A DNA stretch of 64,000 nt from a virus. Below, piece by piece: positions 1-10,091 of this stretch. A program made the position numbers and the translations under genes. The stretch covers positions 53,866 through 117,865 of the IMG/VR virus record IMGVR_UViG_3300017991_000060, one strand, 5' to 3'. Position 1 is the first letter of the stretch. Each line of letters begins with the position of its first letter. Below the pieces are notes generated by a model. It saw only the letters and a list, made by a program, of their open reading frames with translations, was not told where the DNA came from and did no database searches.

Positions 1-2230
1 ACACGACTTGCCCGCCGCTGTCCTGGATGGTCAAGGTGTTCTGGAGGACACCCGCGGCCAGCCGCCCGGCCATCTGCTGCGTGGAGCCAATCTGGAAGGA
101 GTCCACCACACGCACCTGGTCGCCGCTCCACACACCCTGGGGGCGGCGTTGGACGATGGGGTAGTAGTCCGTCGCGCCGTCCAACCGGCCGACGTTCCCG
201 TCGCTCCCCCCGAGGTCTTCCTCGCGCGCGAAGTACACCTCGGCCCTGGCCGTAGCGTACACGCGGCTCCCGATGGGCGGCGGGTCCGCGAACTGTAGGG
301 AGAACACCCCAGTGCTCATGTCCACCGCATTCCCGGTGGAACCAGGCGAGATGCTGTTGTCGTTGTCGCCGGTGAACGCACCTTCCCCATCGTCAACGGC
401 CTGTTGACCGCCGTCGGCGTCAGCGATGATGACGGACTGCGGGACGAGGGCCGTGCCTTCCTGTAGCACCAGGTTCCCGGAGAACAAGACGGCGAACCCA
501 TCGCCGGTGCCGATCTCCTGGGAGATGCGCGAAGCGCCCGTCACCTTGATGATCTCTGCGCTCTCGACGCCACCCGTCTCTTGGATCGCGTTGTAAAGGC
601 GGCTCACGCTCAAGTCCACGCCGGGGAGCACGAAGGCGCTGGAGAAGAACTTCTCGATGGACTGCCGAATGGCCGCCCACACCGTCTGGCGCGCCGCGCC
701 CGTCTCCAGAATCACCGAGGCGTCGATGTCCATGACGACGACCTGGCCGTCTACGACCTCCACGTTCGTGCAGATGGTGCGCTTGGAGTCAAGGTACTTC
801 TTCACGGCGTACTTGAGCGGCGTGTTCGAGGTGGTGAGGTTCCCCTCGGAGTCCCTACCCCACGTCGCGATCTCAACGGTGTTCAGCTCCGGCACCGTCT
901 GCTTCAGGTACGCCGAGGCGTGGGCGAGCGCGCCGTACACCTGGTCAAAGTAGGTAGCGGCGTGGGTGGTAAAGTCCAAACGGCGAACCGCACGGTCGCC
1001 AGATACGGCGAACTTGGGGGCGAAGTACCGGGCATGATCCACCGACTCCGGCGGATTGCCGCCGCTCCCGGTTTCTAGGTTGTAGAGGCGGACGGACGCC
1101 CGAGCGCCACTCGGGAGGAAGCCCTGGACCGTCGTGTCAATCGCCCCAATGTCCACGTTCCCGCGGACACCTCCACCGACACGGTACCGGAACACGATCT
1201 CCGAACCGGCCGGAGGAATCAGTCCAAAGATCCCGTCACCGAAGAGAACGATGGCCGTGTCGTCCTGGTCGTAGGTGAGCTGGTACCGCTTCTGCGCGCC
1301 GACGATGAGATAGTGAACGTCGATCACATCCCCGGCCGCCGGGGCCGCCCCGTCCGCGACGGTACCGAACCGGATCTTCGTGGTTCCGTCCACCTCCTGG
1401 ACCACATCGTATTCCAGGGGGGCGCCGGTCAGGCCGGACGCGAGGGGTGCCTGTCGCCACGTCACCGCGGCGGAAGAAGGTTGGCCGGATGGCTGCACGA
1501 GCAAGAGGATGCCATCCTCGTCGTCCGGGTCGATGACGGCGTGTAGAAGGCTGAGAGTGAACTCCTGGTTGTCCGTCCCGTCTCCAACGAAGGTATCCCG
1601 CCCGCGCCGGTCGCCTTCGGAGAACACGAGGGACGGCACCTCCTCCCACAGCTCAGCCGCCACCTCCACCGTCACGGAGCCCTCGATGGTGTTCGGATGC
1701 TCCAGGGGGAACTTCTGCCACTTCTCCCCGGTGCTAACGTGGCGGACTTCCTTGGTGACGCCCTCGGTAAACACGATGAGATCGTCGGTAGTGCCATCCG
1801 GCCAAACCGGAGCACCAGCCGGGATCTGCGTGTCCTCCAGGAGCTCGAACGTCAGGTCGCCCACCTGGACCTTCAGGCCGGAGCGTAGGGTGATGGCCCC
1901 ACCCTGAACCGGTACGGGCGTGCAGCGCACTGCAACAGACGCCGACGAGGCAGGCTTCATGCGGTAGCCCTGGGCGCGGCATAGGAGGACCATCGCCTCC
2001 CGCGTGTCAGCCAACGCAAGGAGCGAGTTGATCATCTTGCGGTCGTAGTAGAAAGCGTTCTGCGCGTGGAACCACGCGAGCACATCGAGGATGGCACCAG
2101 CGATGTCGGTGGCGAGAAGGGCGTTGTAGCGGCCGTCGCCAACGCGCCGACGCACAAGCTCCCTAGCCCGACGGGCGCACACGTCGAAGGTCCTGGCGGT
2201 GTAGTCGATCTCGATTGCGGTGCCCATCAT
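1..2230 (-). CDS. Baseplate wedge protein (T4 gp6-like) with C-terminal extension; partial, runs off left edge
   Basis: Not in the ORF track (no stop in window); translated by hand from ATG 2230: MMGTAIEIDYTARTFD...ILDVLAWFHAQNAFYYDRKMINSLLALADTREAMVLLCRAQGY, later FGDGIFGLIPPAGSEIVFRYRVGGGVRGNV and GSGGNPPESVDHARYFAP. This is the gp6 pattern; the frame stays open to base 1. Confidence 0.9.
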   Translation of the reverse strand, partial: MMGTAIEIDYTARTFDVCARRARELVRRRVGDGRYNALLATDIAGAILDVLAWFHAQNAFYYDRKMINSLLALADTREAMVLLCRAQGYRMKPASSASVAVRCTPVPVQGGAITLRSGLKVQVGDLTFELLEDTQIPAGAPVWPDGTTDDLIVFTEGVTKEVRHVSTGEKWQKFPLEHPNTIEGSVTVEVAAELWEEVPSLVFSEGDRRGRDTFVGDGTDNQEFTLSLLHAVIDPDDEDGILLLVQPSGQPSSAAVTWRQAPLASGLTGAPLEYDVVQEVDGTTKIRFGTVADGAAPAAGDVIDVHYLIVGAQKRYQLTYDQDDTAIVLFGDGIFGLIPPAGSEIVFRYRVGGGVRGNVDIGAIDTTVQGFLPSGARASVRLYNLETGSGGNPPESVDHARYFAPKFAVSGDRAVRRLDFTTHAATYFDQVYGALAHASAYLKQTVPELNTVEIATWGRDSEGNLTTSNTPLKYAVKKYLDSKRTICTNVEVVDGQVVVMDIDASVILETGAARQTVWAAIRQSIEKFFSSAFVLPGVDLSVSRLYNAIQETGGVESAEIIKVTGASRISQEIGTGDGFAVLFSGNLVLQEGTALVPQSVIIADADGGQQAVDDGEGAFTGDNDNSISPGSTGNAVDMSTGVFSLQFADPPPIGSRVYATARAEVYFAREEDLGGSDGNVGRLDGATDYYPIVQRRPQGVWSGDQVRVVDSFQIGSTQQMAGRLAAGVLQNTLTIQDSGGQVV

Positions 2231-2234
2231 ACCC

Positions 2235-2723
2235 TCACAGGTTCATCTTCGGGAAGTCGGCCGCCGCATTGTACACCCTCCGCTCGGGATCACCGTACAC
2301 GGAGAAACCGACTGACACGTACACGGCGTACGGGTTCACGTCAGGGTCCCAGTCCACGTTGACGGCAACCACCTCGGCGCGAGGCTCCTGGTCCGCGAGG
2401 TCCTGGCGCGCGTAGTAACCGATCTGCTGAATGGTGATGTCGTCCAGCGGCTCGAACAGAAGGTACGGCAGCTCGCTTCCGATGTCCGGGTCGTAAGGTA
2501 TCGACCGCTTCGGCGTGGAAAGGATGTTGACGAGCGACGTAGCAATAATCGCAACGTCGTCCTGAACCGGCCCCAGGACGCTCTGGGGTGTAGCGCCGAA
2601 CGGGTACCCGGCCCCGCGGTGAAGTCCGCGCGTTTTGGCAAACACCCTACGGTCCACCTGGGGAGGCGCGAGTCGCTGCGATTCGTACCCAGTCGTCAGC
2701 TCCGGGGGGATCGGGTCTGCCAT
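2235..2723 (-). CDS. Baseplate wedge protein, gp25/GPW family
   Basis: SLVNILSTPKRSIPYDPDIGSELPYLLFEPLD...LADQEPRAEVVAV matches the gp25 pattern; lies between spike and gp6. Confidence 0.9.
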   Translation of the reverse strand: MADPIPPELTTGYESQRLAPPQVDRRVFAKTRGLHRGAGYPFGATPQSVLGPVQDDVAIIATSLVNILSTPKRSIPYDPDIGSELPYLLFEPLDDITIQQIGYYARQDLADQEPRAEVVAVNVDWDPDVNPYAVYVSVGFSVYGDPERRVYNAAADFPKMNL

Positions 2724-3775
2724 CAGCTTGCCACCACCTCCTGAGTCACATCCGTAGAGGACGGGCTCAAATCGGCCACCGGCAACGGCCCCGCGGTCGG
2801 TGTCGGCACACCTGGACCTGGGCTGTAAAGATGCGTGTGGCCGTTGTACTTGGTCAGGAACGCCTCCGTCGCAAGGCGTTGCTTCGCCGCAGCGATGGAC
2901 CCAAGGGCTAGACTACCAGCGCCGCCAGCGGTCGCGATGATGAGCGACGCTCCGGTGAGCGTCAGAACACCGCCCACCGTCAACGTGAACGCCGTGCCTA
3001 CCAACATCGAGAACGCGAGCGCGAACGTCCAAGTGGCAGCCCCGAGGAAGTTCTTGATCGAGACGCCTCCGCCGGTGGACACGCTCGGGGCCACGCCCGT
3101 ACTCTGTAGGGTAACGCCCTGAGCGACCACGGTGGCCGCCCCTCCGGCCGTCACGTTCGCCTGGCCCGGCGTGGTGACGTTGATGGCCTGGGCCGCGGTG
3201 TCGATGACCACGGACTGCGTTGCGTCCTTCATGCGCGCCTGCTGAACGGTGTCGTCGAGCACCATCTCACGGTTGCCCGGCGTCGTGACGCGCGCCTTCT
3301 TCTCCACGTCGTCAAGGAGGAACTCGTAGCCACCCTCCGTAACGGCCAGAATCTTCTCCTCGCCAGGCTTGAAACGCATCTCGATGACGTGCCCGTTCGG
3401 AGTCCGCATAAGCCACGTCTTGGGGCCTTGCGCGTAGGAGCTCTTGAACTCGTCAGGGATCTTCGCCTGGGAGAACCACCCACCGAACCACACCGGCCGC
3501 TCGCCGTCGCCGTCGCGGAACATCACCCAGACCTCCGCGCCAATCTCCGGCACGGCGATTATGCCGGACTTGTTCCCGGTGCAGAGCGCGCCCGGCCTAG
3601 CCCACGGGAGCTGGTCGTCCTCGATCTTCTCGCCCTCGTCCTGCGCTCCGTAAACGCTCGGCACACGGATGCGGAGACGGCCCCCGGTGTCAGGGTCCTT
3701 GTCATCAACGACGACACCAGGCCATGGGCCGGTCCACGTCGCGGGCGCGTGGTCTTGCGTCGCCGCCTCCATCAA
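2723..3775 (-). CDS. Baseplate central spike (gp5/VgrG-like OB-fold, beta-helix, HxH tip)
   Basis: GVVVDDKDPDTGGRLRIRVP...LPWARP...VPEIGAEVWVMFRDGDGERPVWFG OB-fold signature; C-terminal YNGHTH metal-binding tip motif. Confidence 0.92.
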   Translation of the reverse strand: MMEAATQDHAPATWTGPWPGVVVDDKDPDTGGRLRIRVPSVYGAQDEGEKIEDDQLPWARPGALCTGNKSGIIAVPEIGAEVWVMFRDGDGERPVWFGGWFSQAKIPDEFKSSYAQGPKTWLMRTPNGHVIEMRFKPGEEKILAVTEGGYEFLLDDVEKKARVTTPGNREMVLDDTVQQARMKDATQSVVIDTAAQAINVTTPGQANVTAGGAATVVAQGVTLQSTGVAPSVSTGGGVSIKNFLGAATWTFALAFSMLVGTAFTLTVGGVLTLTGASLIIATAGGAGSLALGSIAAAKQRLATEAFLTKYNGHTHLYSPGPGVPTPTAGPLPVADLSPSSTDVTQEVVAS

Positions 3776-4986
3776 TCTATCTCCTCCGCCACCAAGGTCG
3801 TCCTCGGGCGGTTCCGGCCGCCCACGGAATGCTGGTCCGAGGTCTGCCCCCTAGACACACTCGAACCCGTCGGCTCCGCCACGCCAAAGAACGACTCACG
3901 ACGGAAGCACAAGGCCGTCGTCTTGCACCCGCCCTGAAAGCCGTTGTGCACCACTTCCAGAACCACGTAGCGGCCGAACACGCCGATGTCTTGGTCCGGC
4001 GTACTAACCCCCTGGACCTCAATCATATCGCCTGGATGCAACGTGGTGTCGCATATGCTGTCCAAGCGCAGAGAGAAGTACCTCGGACCATGCGCTCCCC
4101 ACGCCGCGCGGACGCGCTCCTCAACACCGGCCTCGGACTCAGAGGTGGTAGGAATAACGCGGAGGCCATCGTCCGGGTCGCGCGCCAAGCGGCTCCCGAG
4201 AGCTGGTTGCGAGCTGGCGGCCTGGGCTCCCATCTCGAACACGGCAGGGGAACCGGCGTCAAGATCGAACCCAACACCAGTCAAGGTCGCACCGCCGCCG
4301 CGGTCGATAGATCGGCCGTTGTACGAGAGCAACATCCGGTCCAGTCTGGAGTCTCCGATGCTCAGCCGGTACTGGCGCACCGACGACGCTCCGAGGTTCG
4401 GAGGCCCGTACCGGAGAACATCGTCGTCGAGCCAAAGGTAGGTGTCCGCACGGCCGGACTCGGCAGCCGACTCCGCCGCAAGATAGCGCGCATAGTCCCA
4501 GTCGGACTGCCGGAGCTGCCAACGGTCGCGCGTCCTAGCGGTACCAGTGATGTCGTGTTGAAGCCCGTACTCCACGGCGATGCGCCGTAAGACACTGGAG
4601 ATAGACGTTGCGGGCCACGCCCGAGTCCTGGCTCTCTGGAGCATCTCCAACCGCTTGTCACCACCGTACACCCTGGCCGACATACCATTTCCGTCGAAGC
4701 CCATCCTAGAGTTGTCGAAGTAGACCCTCCGCCATTCCTCAGGCGCGTCGTAGTTCGCGCCGCTGAGTCGGAGCCGCATGTAACGAACGGGCTCCTCGTC
4801 GCGGCCGACCAGAAAGTCCTTCCACTCCGCCCAGTTGTCAGCACTGAACTCGATCATCCAGTACCACCCGCCGCGCAACGCACTTTCGATCCAAGTGTAC
4901 GCGTTCAAGTGCTGCGTGATGTCGTCTGCCACCTCCTCGGTCTTCAGCTCGAACGATACTTGCAGGCTGGTGTCGGCTTCTGGCAT
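3772..4986 (-). CDS. Baseplate hub (gp27/late control D-like)
   Basis: SISSVLRRIAVEYGL...WQLRQSDWDYARYLAAE; TLHPGDMIEVQGV...GRYVVLEVVH; position upstream of the spike. Confidence 0.8.
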   Translation of the reverse strand: MPEADTSLQVSFELKTEEVADDITQHLNAYTWIESALRGGWYWMIEFSADNWAEWKDFLVGRDEEPVRYMRLRLSGANYDAPEEWRRVYFDNSRMGFDGNGMSARVYGGDKRLEMLQRARTRAWPATSISSVLRRIAVEYGLQHDITGTARTRDRWQLRQSDWDYARYLAAESAAESGRADTYLWLDDDVLRYGPPNLGASSVRQYRLSIGDSRLDRMLLSYNGRSIDRGGGATLTGVGFDLDAGSPAVFEMGAQAASSQPALGSRLARDPDDGLRVIPTTSESEAGVEERVRAAWGAHGPRYFSLRLDSICDTTLHPGDMIEVQGVSTPDQDIGVFGRYVVLEVVHNGFQGGCKTTALCFRRESFFGVAEPTGSSVSRGQTSDQHSVGGRNRPRTTLVAEEID

Positions 4987-5337
4987 TTACGTCACCTCGC
5001 CGCGCTTCGCAGCGCGGAGCAGAGCGGCCGACACATGTACCGGCTTCGGGACCTTCAGGCGCAGACCCGGCACCACCTGTTCCAGCGGGAAGTAGATTTG
5101 GTTCGCGTTGGCGATCACCCACCAGAGGGCGTGGTTCCCCTCACCGTAAGCACGGCGCGCGAAGAGTTCGAGTTGCCCTTCCTCCCCCTCCTGGACGACG
5201 TACTCCTCCTCATCTCCGTCCATCTGGATGCTCATGTTGTCCCAGACGCCAAAGAAGCTCTTGCCGCCCTTCACGAAGAGGCGCGTGGCCTTCAAGCGCG
5301 ATGTGAACGGTAGGTCCAGCTCGAACCGTGCCATCAC
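4987..5337 (-). CDS. LysM-like baseplate protein (gp53/tail X-like)
   Basis: YVVQEGEEGQLELFARRAYGEGNHALWWVIANANQIYFPLEQVVPGLRLKVP is a LysM-type pattern. Confidence 0.82.
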   Translation of the reverse strand: MMARFELDLPFTSRLKATRLFVKGGKSFFGVWDNMSIQMDGDEEEYVVQEGEEGQLELFARRAYGEGNHALWWVIANANQIYFPLEQVVPGLRLKVPKPVHVSAALLRAAKRGEVT

Positions 5338-6218
5338 CGAACTCTCCCCAGGAGACGGGAAGCGGTGCGCGTGTTGATGGTGTTGAACCTCTCATTCGCG
5401 ATGCGCCGCTCCATCGCACGGGTTGACGGACCCTTCCCAATGCTACCCTGCTCGGACGCCTCCAAGCTAGCCAGGTACTTAGAGTCCGCACCGGCGTTGT
5501 TGCCGTGGTAACGGATGTATTCCCAGTTCGGCACCCTCCTGAGAAGCGGCTTCATCTGAAGCCTGACTGTGGCCCCGTAGGGACGGCCTGATATCGGGTG
5601 CCACGGCGGCTCCCACGTCACCGCGATGTTGGTGATGTACCCGCGGATGATCTTCCACGAGCCGATCACGAGGAGCACCATCGGGGGGTCACGCCGCTTC
5701 GCGTTCTGCCACCTACGCCTCATACCCCTGCTGGTTGCTGCCGTCGGGATGTTGAGCGTCCTGAACTGCTGCCATGCGTCCGGCCGCTCCAGGCGGAACC
5801 CGAGCGCCATGCACCAGTTCACCTTGCGCTCCATCGCGATGAGTGCCTCGTTCAAGGTGTAGGGCCACATGGCATTCGGGTCTGACATCCGGCCGCCATC
5901 ACCCGTCTTGATGCCAGTGCGGAACTTCAGGACGAGGTTGATGTCGCCCCAGCTCCCACCCTTGTAGTTCACATGCGTCGGTTGTGGTGCGACGTTGCCG
6001 CCGTGCTCCTGGTACGCCGCCAACGAGTAGGACTCCTCCATGTTCTCGTGGAACGGGAAGGCGTCGAACACGAGGCGCGAGTCGCCCGGCACCGGAGCGT
6101 ACTCCAGGACCAGCGCGCACATCGTCGTATTGCTCCACGTCGCGTTCGGCGCGAGGCGCGCAACGTGCGGGGATTGCCAGGGCTGAGTCTCCTCCCGTCT
6201 TGCCGCGTCGTCTACCAT
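5334..6218 (-). CDS. Tail tube initiator / CIS tube-like protein
   Basis: Lies between tape measure and LysM gene; PPMVLLVIGSWKIIRGYITNIAVTWE...PYGATVRLQM is typical of this class. Confidence 0.7.
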   Translation of the reverse strand: MVDDAARREETQPWQSPHVARLAPNATWSNTTMCALVLEYAPVPGDSRLVFDAFPFHENMEESYSLAAYQEHGGNVAPQPTHVNYKGGSWGDINLVLKFRTGIKTGDGGRMSDPNAMWPYTLNEALIAMERKVNWCMALGFRLERPDAWQQFRTLNIPTAATSRGMRRRWQNAKRRDPPMVLLVIGSWKIIRGYITNIAVTWEPPWHPISGRPYGATVRLQMKPLLRRVPNWEYIRYHGNNAGADSKYLASLEASEQGSIGKGPSTRAMERRIANERFNTINTRTASRLLGRVR

Positions 6219-8650
6219 ACGAAGCCTCCAGCGCCCACGGCGTCGTTCAGGTCAGCGTAGCGGTCCGTCCCGCCATCCGGCTTGGGCGGCGTTGCGTCCA
6301 GGACACGAAGCGGGTTCTGGAGGACCTCCAGAATGCGGTTCGCGGTCGCTACGAGCTCGTCCACCCCCTCCAGGGACATGCGGTCCATCACCGGAGACAC
6401 GAACGTCCGCACGGCCTCCGCCGTGAGCGGGACCACGGCCTCGGGTACGCCCGCCTCCGCGATGGCCGCGGTAGTCTCATCGGTGACGACACCACCAGCC
6501 GCCAGCTCCGGGATATGGTACTCTGCGCCCCAGAGGATGTTGCTGATGGTGCCGCCCGGAATCACCGGCGGGTCCCATTCCAGGATGTCGTTCGCGAGGT
6601 CGATGACCCAGTAGTTGATGAGCCCCTTCATCGCTTCGATGGGAGCCTGTAGCGCGCTGAGGATGGTGTTGACGATGCCCTCGGCGGCCTCCCCAATACT
6701 GTCGAGGCCCAAGAAGTTGTAGATCGCCTCGCCAATGCCAGCGATCCACAGGAGGAAGTCCTGGCCCTTCCGAACGATCCAATCGAAGAACCCAGCAATC
6801 GCGTTCGGGATGATGCTCACGAAGAAGTTGATGACCCCATCCACCGCGCCGTCGATCCAGTCTATGAGCTTGTTCAGCGTCTTCACGATGAGGCCGGGGT
6901 TCGGGGAGAAGATGCTCTTGAAAGACTCCCAGATGCCAGTAAACAGCCCAATAACCATGTCGTAGGCCGATTCGAACGGCTTCACAAACGTCTCGTACAG
7001 CTTCTTCCCACCGATCTCCAGGGCCTCAAAGAACAACGTCACCTTGTCGGCCAGCCACACGATAGCCTCGATGATCGGCTTCAGGATGGGCAGCACCGCA
7101 CGCAGTAGGCCAATGGCGATCTTCAGGACGATCTTGATGAAGGGCGCGAGCGCCTTGATGATCGCCTTGTTGATCTCCGCGAACGCCTTCACCAGCGGCA
7201 TCAGGATCGGGAGGAGCTCGCCCAGGAGCCCCACCAGGTCCGGCATGATCTCCTGGATGATGTCCGCGAACACTTCCACCCGCGTTAGGAACAGGTCCAC
7301 GAAAATCTCTACGAGCTGCATCACGATGGGGAGGAGCGTCTCCACCAGGTCCATCACGATAGGGAGGATCTTCTCGACGATGGGCAATAGGGTGGCAAAC
7401 ACCTTCTGCACGAGCGGCACCATACTCCCGATGGCGTCTATGATCGGACCAAGGATTCCGCCAGCGCCCTCCAGGGCGTCCTGTAACGGATCGGCCACAA
7501 GCATCACCACCTCCTCGATCATCTCGACGAGGGGAAACATGATGCGCTCGATCACCGGGGCCATGTTGTCGAAGATCGTAGAGAGCTGCGAAGCGATGGG
7601 GGCGAACACGTTCTCCAAGACGCCGCCCATGATCTCGAACGCCGGTTGTAGCGTCCGCGTGAAGATGTCGATGAGCGGCTGAAGAAGCGTGAGGAGCGGG
7701 CCGATGGGTCCCAAGAGGAACGCCGTCAAGCCACCCTTCCCAAAGGACGCGCCCAGGCCCTTCATCAACCCAGCCCCGAACTTCGCGCCCATGAAGTTCG
7801 AGTTCTCCAGGGAGCGGGCCAAGGAATCGAAGGTGGCGCTCGCTTTCCCTACACCGGCCTTCAGAAGATCCGCCCCCTTCGTGACGGAGCTGAATCCCTT
7901 GCTGAGGATGGAGAACGCGGACTGCGCCACCTTGATGGTGTTGGGGAACTCCTCCTCCGCGATCTGCGTGATGGCCTTGCCGAAGTCCGCACCGATGTTC
8001 TTCACGGCCATGAGGTTGTGCTGTAGGGCTCCGAGCGGGCCGCCGCCCTCACGGTTGAGCCCGATCATCCCCTTCGCCGCCTCGAACACCGTGTCGCGGA
8101 AGCTCGCCATCTTGTCCGGCATGGTGCCGAGCACGGAATCGAACTTGGAGAACCCATCGAATGCGGAACCGAGGAGCGGGGTCGCCTTGATGAGATCGCG
8201 TAGGGCCTCGACCATCGCCGTGAGGTTCTCGGCCGGTTCCTCCGGTACCTCGACCTCCGGCATCTCGACTTCGCCGAGGAGGTCCTCCAATGCGGCGGCC
8301 TCCACGTCATCCTTGAAGCCGAGGGCGGCCTCCCCGAGCGACTGAAGGTGATCCATGAACGGCGTGGCGTCGGGTTCCTCGAACACCTCGTCGAGCATCC
8401 CCACGTCGTCTCCGAAGCTATCCAGATAATCCTGAACGTCGAGCATCGCCGTGGTGGTCGAGGTCGCCGCGGAGGCGGCGGCTTCCCCGGCCTGGGCCGT
8501 CACCTCCTCGACGGTCCCGGCGATGTCTCCAATGTGCTCCTGCATAACGGGTACGGCGTCATCGAGCACGGCCTGGGCGCGCTCGATGTTCGGGGTGGCG
8601 AGGTCCTCGGCGGAGAAGATGAACGCGAACTCTTGCGTGATGTCGGCCAT
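6212..8650 (-). CDS. Tape measure protein
   Basis: 812 aa, helical amphipathic repeats (PIIDAIGSMVPLVQKVFATLLPIVEKILP), C-terminal LAAGGVVT...AEAGVPEAVVPL; follows the chaperone genes. Confidence 0.85.
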   Translation of the reverse strand: MADITQEFAFIFSAEDLATPNIERAQAVLDDAVPVMQEHIGDIAGTVEEVTAQAGEAAASAATSTTTAMLDVQDYLDSFGDDVGMLDEVFEEPDATPFMDHLQSLGEAALGFKDDVEAAALEDLLGEVEMPEVEVPEEPAENLTAMVEALRDLIKATPLLGSAFDGFSKFDSVLGTMPDKMASFRDTVFEAAKGMIGLNREGGGPLGALQHNLMAVKNIGADFGKAITQIAEEEFPNTIKVAQSAFSILSKGFSSVTKGADLLKAGVGKASATFDSLARSLENSNFMGAKFGAGLMKGLGASFGKGGLTAFLLGPIGPLLTLLQPLIDIFTRTLQPAFEIMGGVLENVFAPIASQLSTIFDNMAPVIERIMFPLVEMIEEVVMLVADPLQDALEGAGGILGPIIDAIGSMVPLVQKVFATLLPIVEKILPIVMDLVETLLPIVMQLVEIFVDLFLTRVEVFADIIQEIMPDLVGLLGELLPILMPLVKAFAEINKAIIKALAPFIKIVLKIAIGLLRAVLPILKPIIEAIVWLADKVTLFFEALEIGGKKLYETFVKPFESAYDMVIGLFTGIWESFKSIFSPNPGLIVKTLNKLIDWIDGAVDGVINFFVSIIPNAIAGFFDWIVRKGQDFLLWIAGIGEAIYNFLGLDSIGEAAEGIVNTILSALQAPIEAMKGLINYWVIDLANDILEWDPPVIPGGTISNILWGAEYHIPELAAGGVVTDETTAAIAEAGVPEAVVPLTAEAVRTFVSPVMDRMSLEGVDELVATANRILEVLQNPLRVLDATPPKPDGGTDRYADLNDAVGAGGFVW

Positions 8651-8653
8651 TTC

Positions 8654-8935
8654 CTACACCCCAAGGAACCTAGAAACCAACACCTGAACAAGCCCGGCCA
8701 ACTTGCCCTTGCTGTCCTGGCCTCCGGCGATCAACTTCAACTGCTCTTGCAGGTCCCGATGGTGGCGGTACAGGAGATCCTGCCGCTGCCACTTCGTCAG
8801 GCGGCCCCACTCCTCCGGGGAGATGCCGACTTTCGAAACGAGACGCCACCTCTCTTCGTAGAGGACCTCGATTCGGGAGCGGCCGTCAGCTCCTTTTGGA
8901 ACGAGGAGGTCTACGGCGAAACATAGCCCCATCAA
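8654..8935 (-). CDS. Tail/baseplate assembly chaperone, small subunit (gp51-like)
   Basis: IEVLYEERWRLVSKVGISPEEWGRLTKWQRQDLL helical pattern; overlaps the upstream chaperone gene by 50 nt; start uncertain. Confidence 0.55.
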   Translation of the reverse strand: MMGLCFAVDLLVPKGADGRSRIEVLYEERWRLVSKVGISPEEWGRLTKWQRQDLLYRHHRDLQEQLKLIAGGQDSKGKLAGLVQVLVSRFLGV

Positions 8936-10076
8936 GGGGCAACCTCACCTTGAACGAAGCCCCGCAAGGACACCGGAAGCGCGGCCTCGTGTCGTAGCCC
9001 CAGCTCCGCAAGCCAGTGTGGTCGCGGAAGCCGGAAAGGGTTTGCGTCGCGGAGCCCTGGACCCACCGCATCGCCTCCAGGCGGCTCACCCGCCGCCCGT
9101 TGATGGCGACGATCTGTAGCGCCAAGAGGAACGAGTGCATCGGATTCCCCTCGTCGGTGTTCGCGTCTCCGAGGCGCGCCGCGAAGTCCTCGGCCGTCTC
9201 CACGTCGGCCACCCGCGGGAGCCTCCAGGTGATGACCTCGTTGGTGATGGGGAGGGGGTCCGTCTCGAACGGTTCCTCCATCTGCGACGGGGAGAGCCTG
9301 AACTCCTCGACGCCCTTGGCGGCATCCTCCTCGCGCTCCATCTCACGGAGGATGGCCTCCACATCGGCCGCCTCCTCGTCCTCCGGGACAGGCGGCCAGT
9401 TCACGTCCTCAGCCTCCCCGGCGAAGCGGAGAACCCTACACGGGAGCTCCGCCATCGGGAACGTCACCAGGAAGGGCTTGCACTTCCCGTGCTTCGGGCG
9501 GAGGCCGATGATGTCCGAGCCGTTACAGTACGAGAGCCAGTTGAGGACCAGGGCCACCCAGTCGAAGAGGACCAGCTCCTCGTAGGGGATCGGCCCAGTG
9601 TCCACGCAGTCGCGCATGATCTTGCGGAGCATAGCGACGCTAGCCTCGGGGCTGTCCGCCGCCCCGGCCATGACGTTCTCCTGGGCTCCGCGCGTAGGCA
9701 CCATGAGGATCGTCTTGTGGTGCCCGTACTGCCCGTAGCACACGCCGCCGCTGGGGAGGTCGTAGGGCCTCGCCAGCGGGTCCCGGGCCACCGTGTTGCC
9801 GGAGGTGGCCTGGGCCGCCCCGCGGCCCTTGCCGGAGCTCTGGGGCGGCTGCATAGGGTTGGGAATGCCGAGTTCTCCCGGCGGTGCGTTGAGGGGAGCG
9901 CCCCCGAGGTGGGGAGGACCCCCGCCCGCCATTTCGGTGCCGGGCGGGGGCGTCCACAGCCCCTCACCTTCCGCTGCCTGCGATGGAGTCTGCCTGGGGG
10001 TCCGCATGGCCTTCAGGGCCTCCGCCGCGATGGGAGTCGTGCGTTCCCTGGGGGTGTCCGCCTCACCCGCCATCAA
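8886..10076 (-). CDS. Tail/baseplate hub assembly chaperone (gp26-like)
   Basis: YDLPSGGVCY...MVPTRGAQE, ITWRLPRVAD, C-terminal FRCPCG...LPLDGAMFR; between tube and tape measure; Pro/Gly-rich N-terminal extension. Confidence 0.75.
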   Translation of the reverse strand: MMAGEADTPRERTTPIAAEALKAMRTPRQTPSQAAEGEGLWTPPPGTEMAGGGPPHLGGAPLNAPPGELGIPNPMQPPQSSGKGRGAAQATSGNTVARDPLARPYDLPSGGVCYGQYGHHKTILMVPTRGAQENVMAGAADSPEASVAMLRKIMRDCVDTGPIPYEELVLFDWVALVLNWLSYCNGSDIIGLRPKHGKCKPFLVTFPMAELPCRVLRFAGEAEDVNWPPVPEDEEAADVEAILREMEREEDAAKGVEEFRLSPSQMEEPFETDPLPITNEVITWRLPRVADVETAEDFAARLGDANTDEGNPMHSFLLALQIVAINGRRVSRLEAMRWVQGSATQTLSGFRDHTGLRSWGYDTRPRFRCPCGASFKVRLPLDGAMFRRRPPRSKRS

Positions 10077-10091
10077 TCACCTCTCTCTGGT

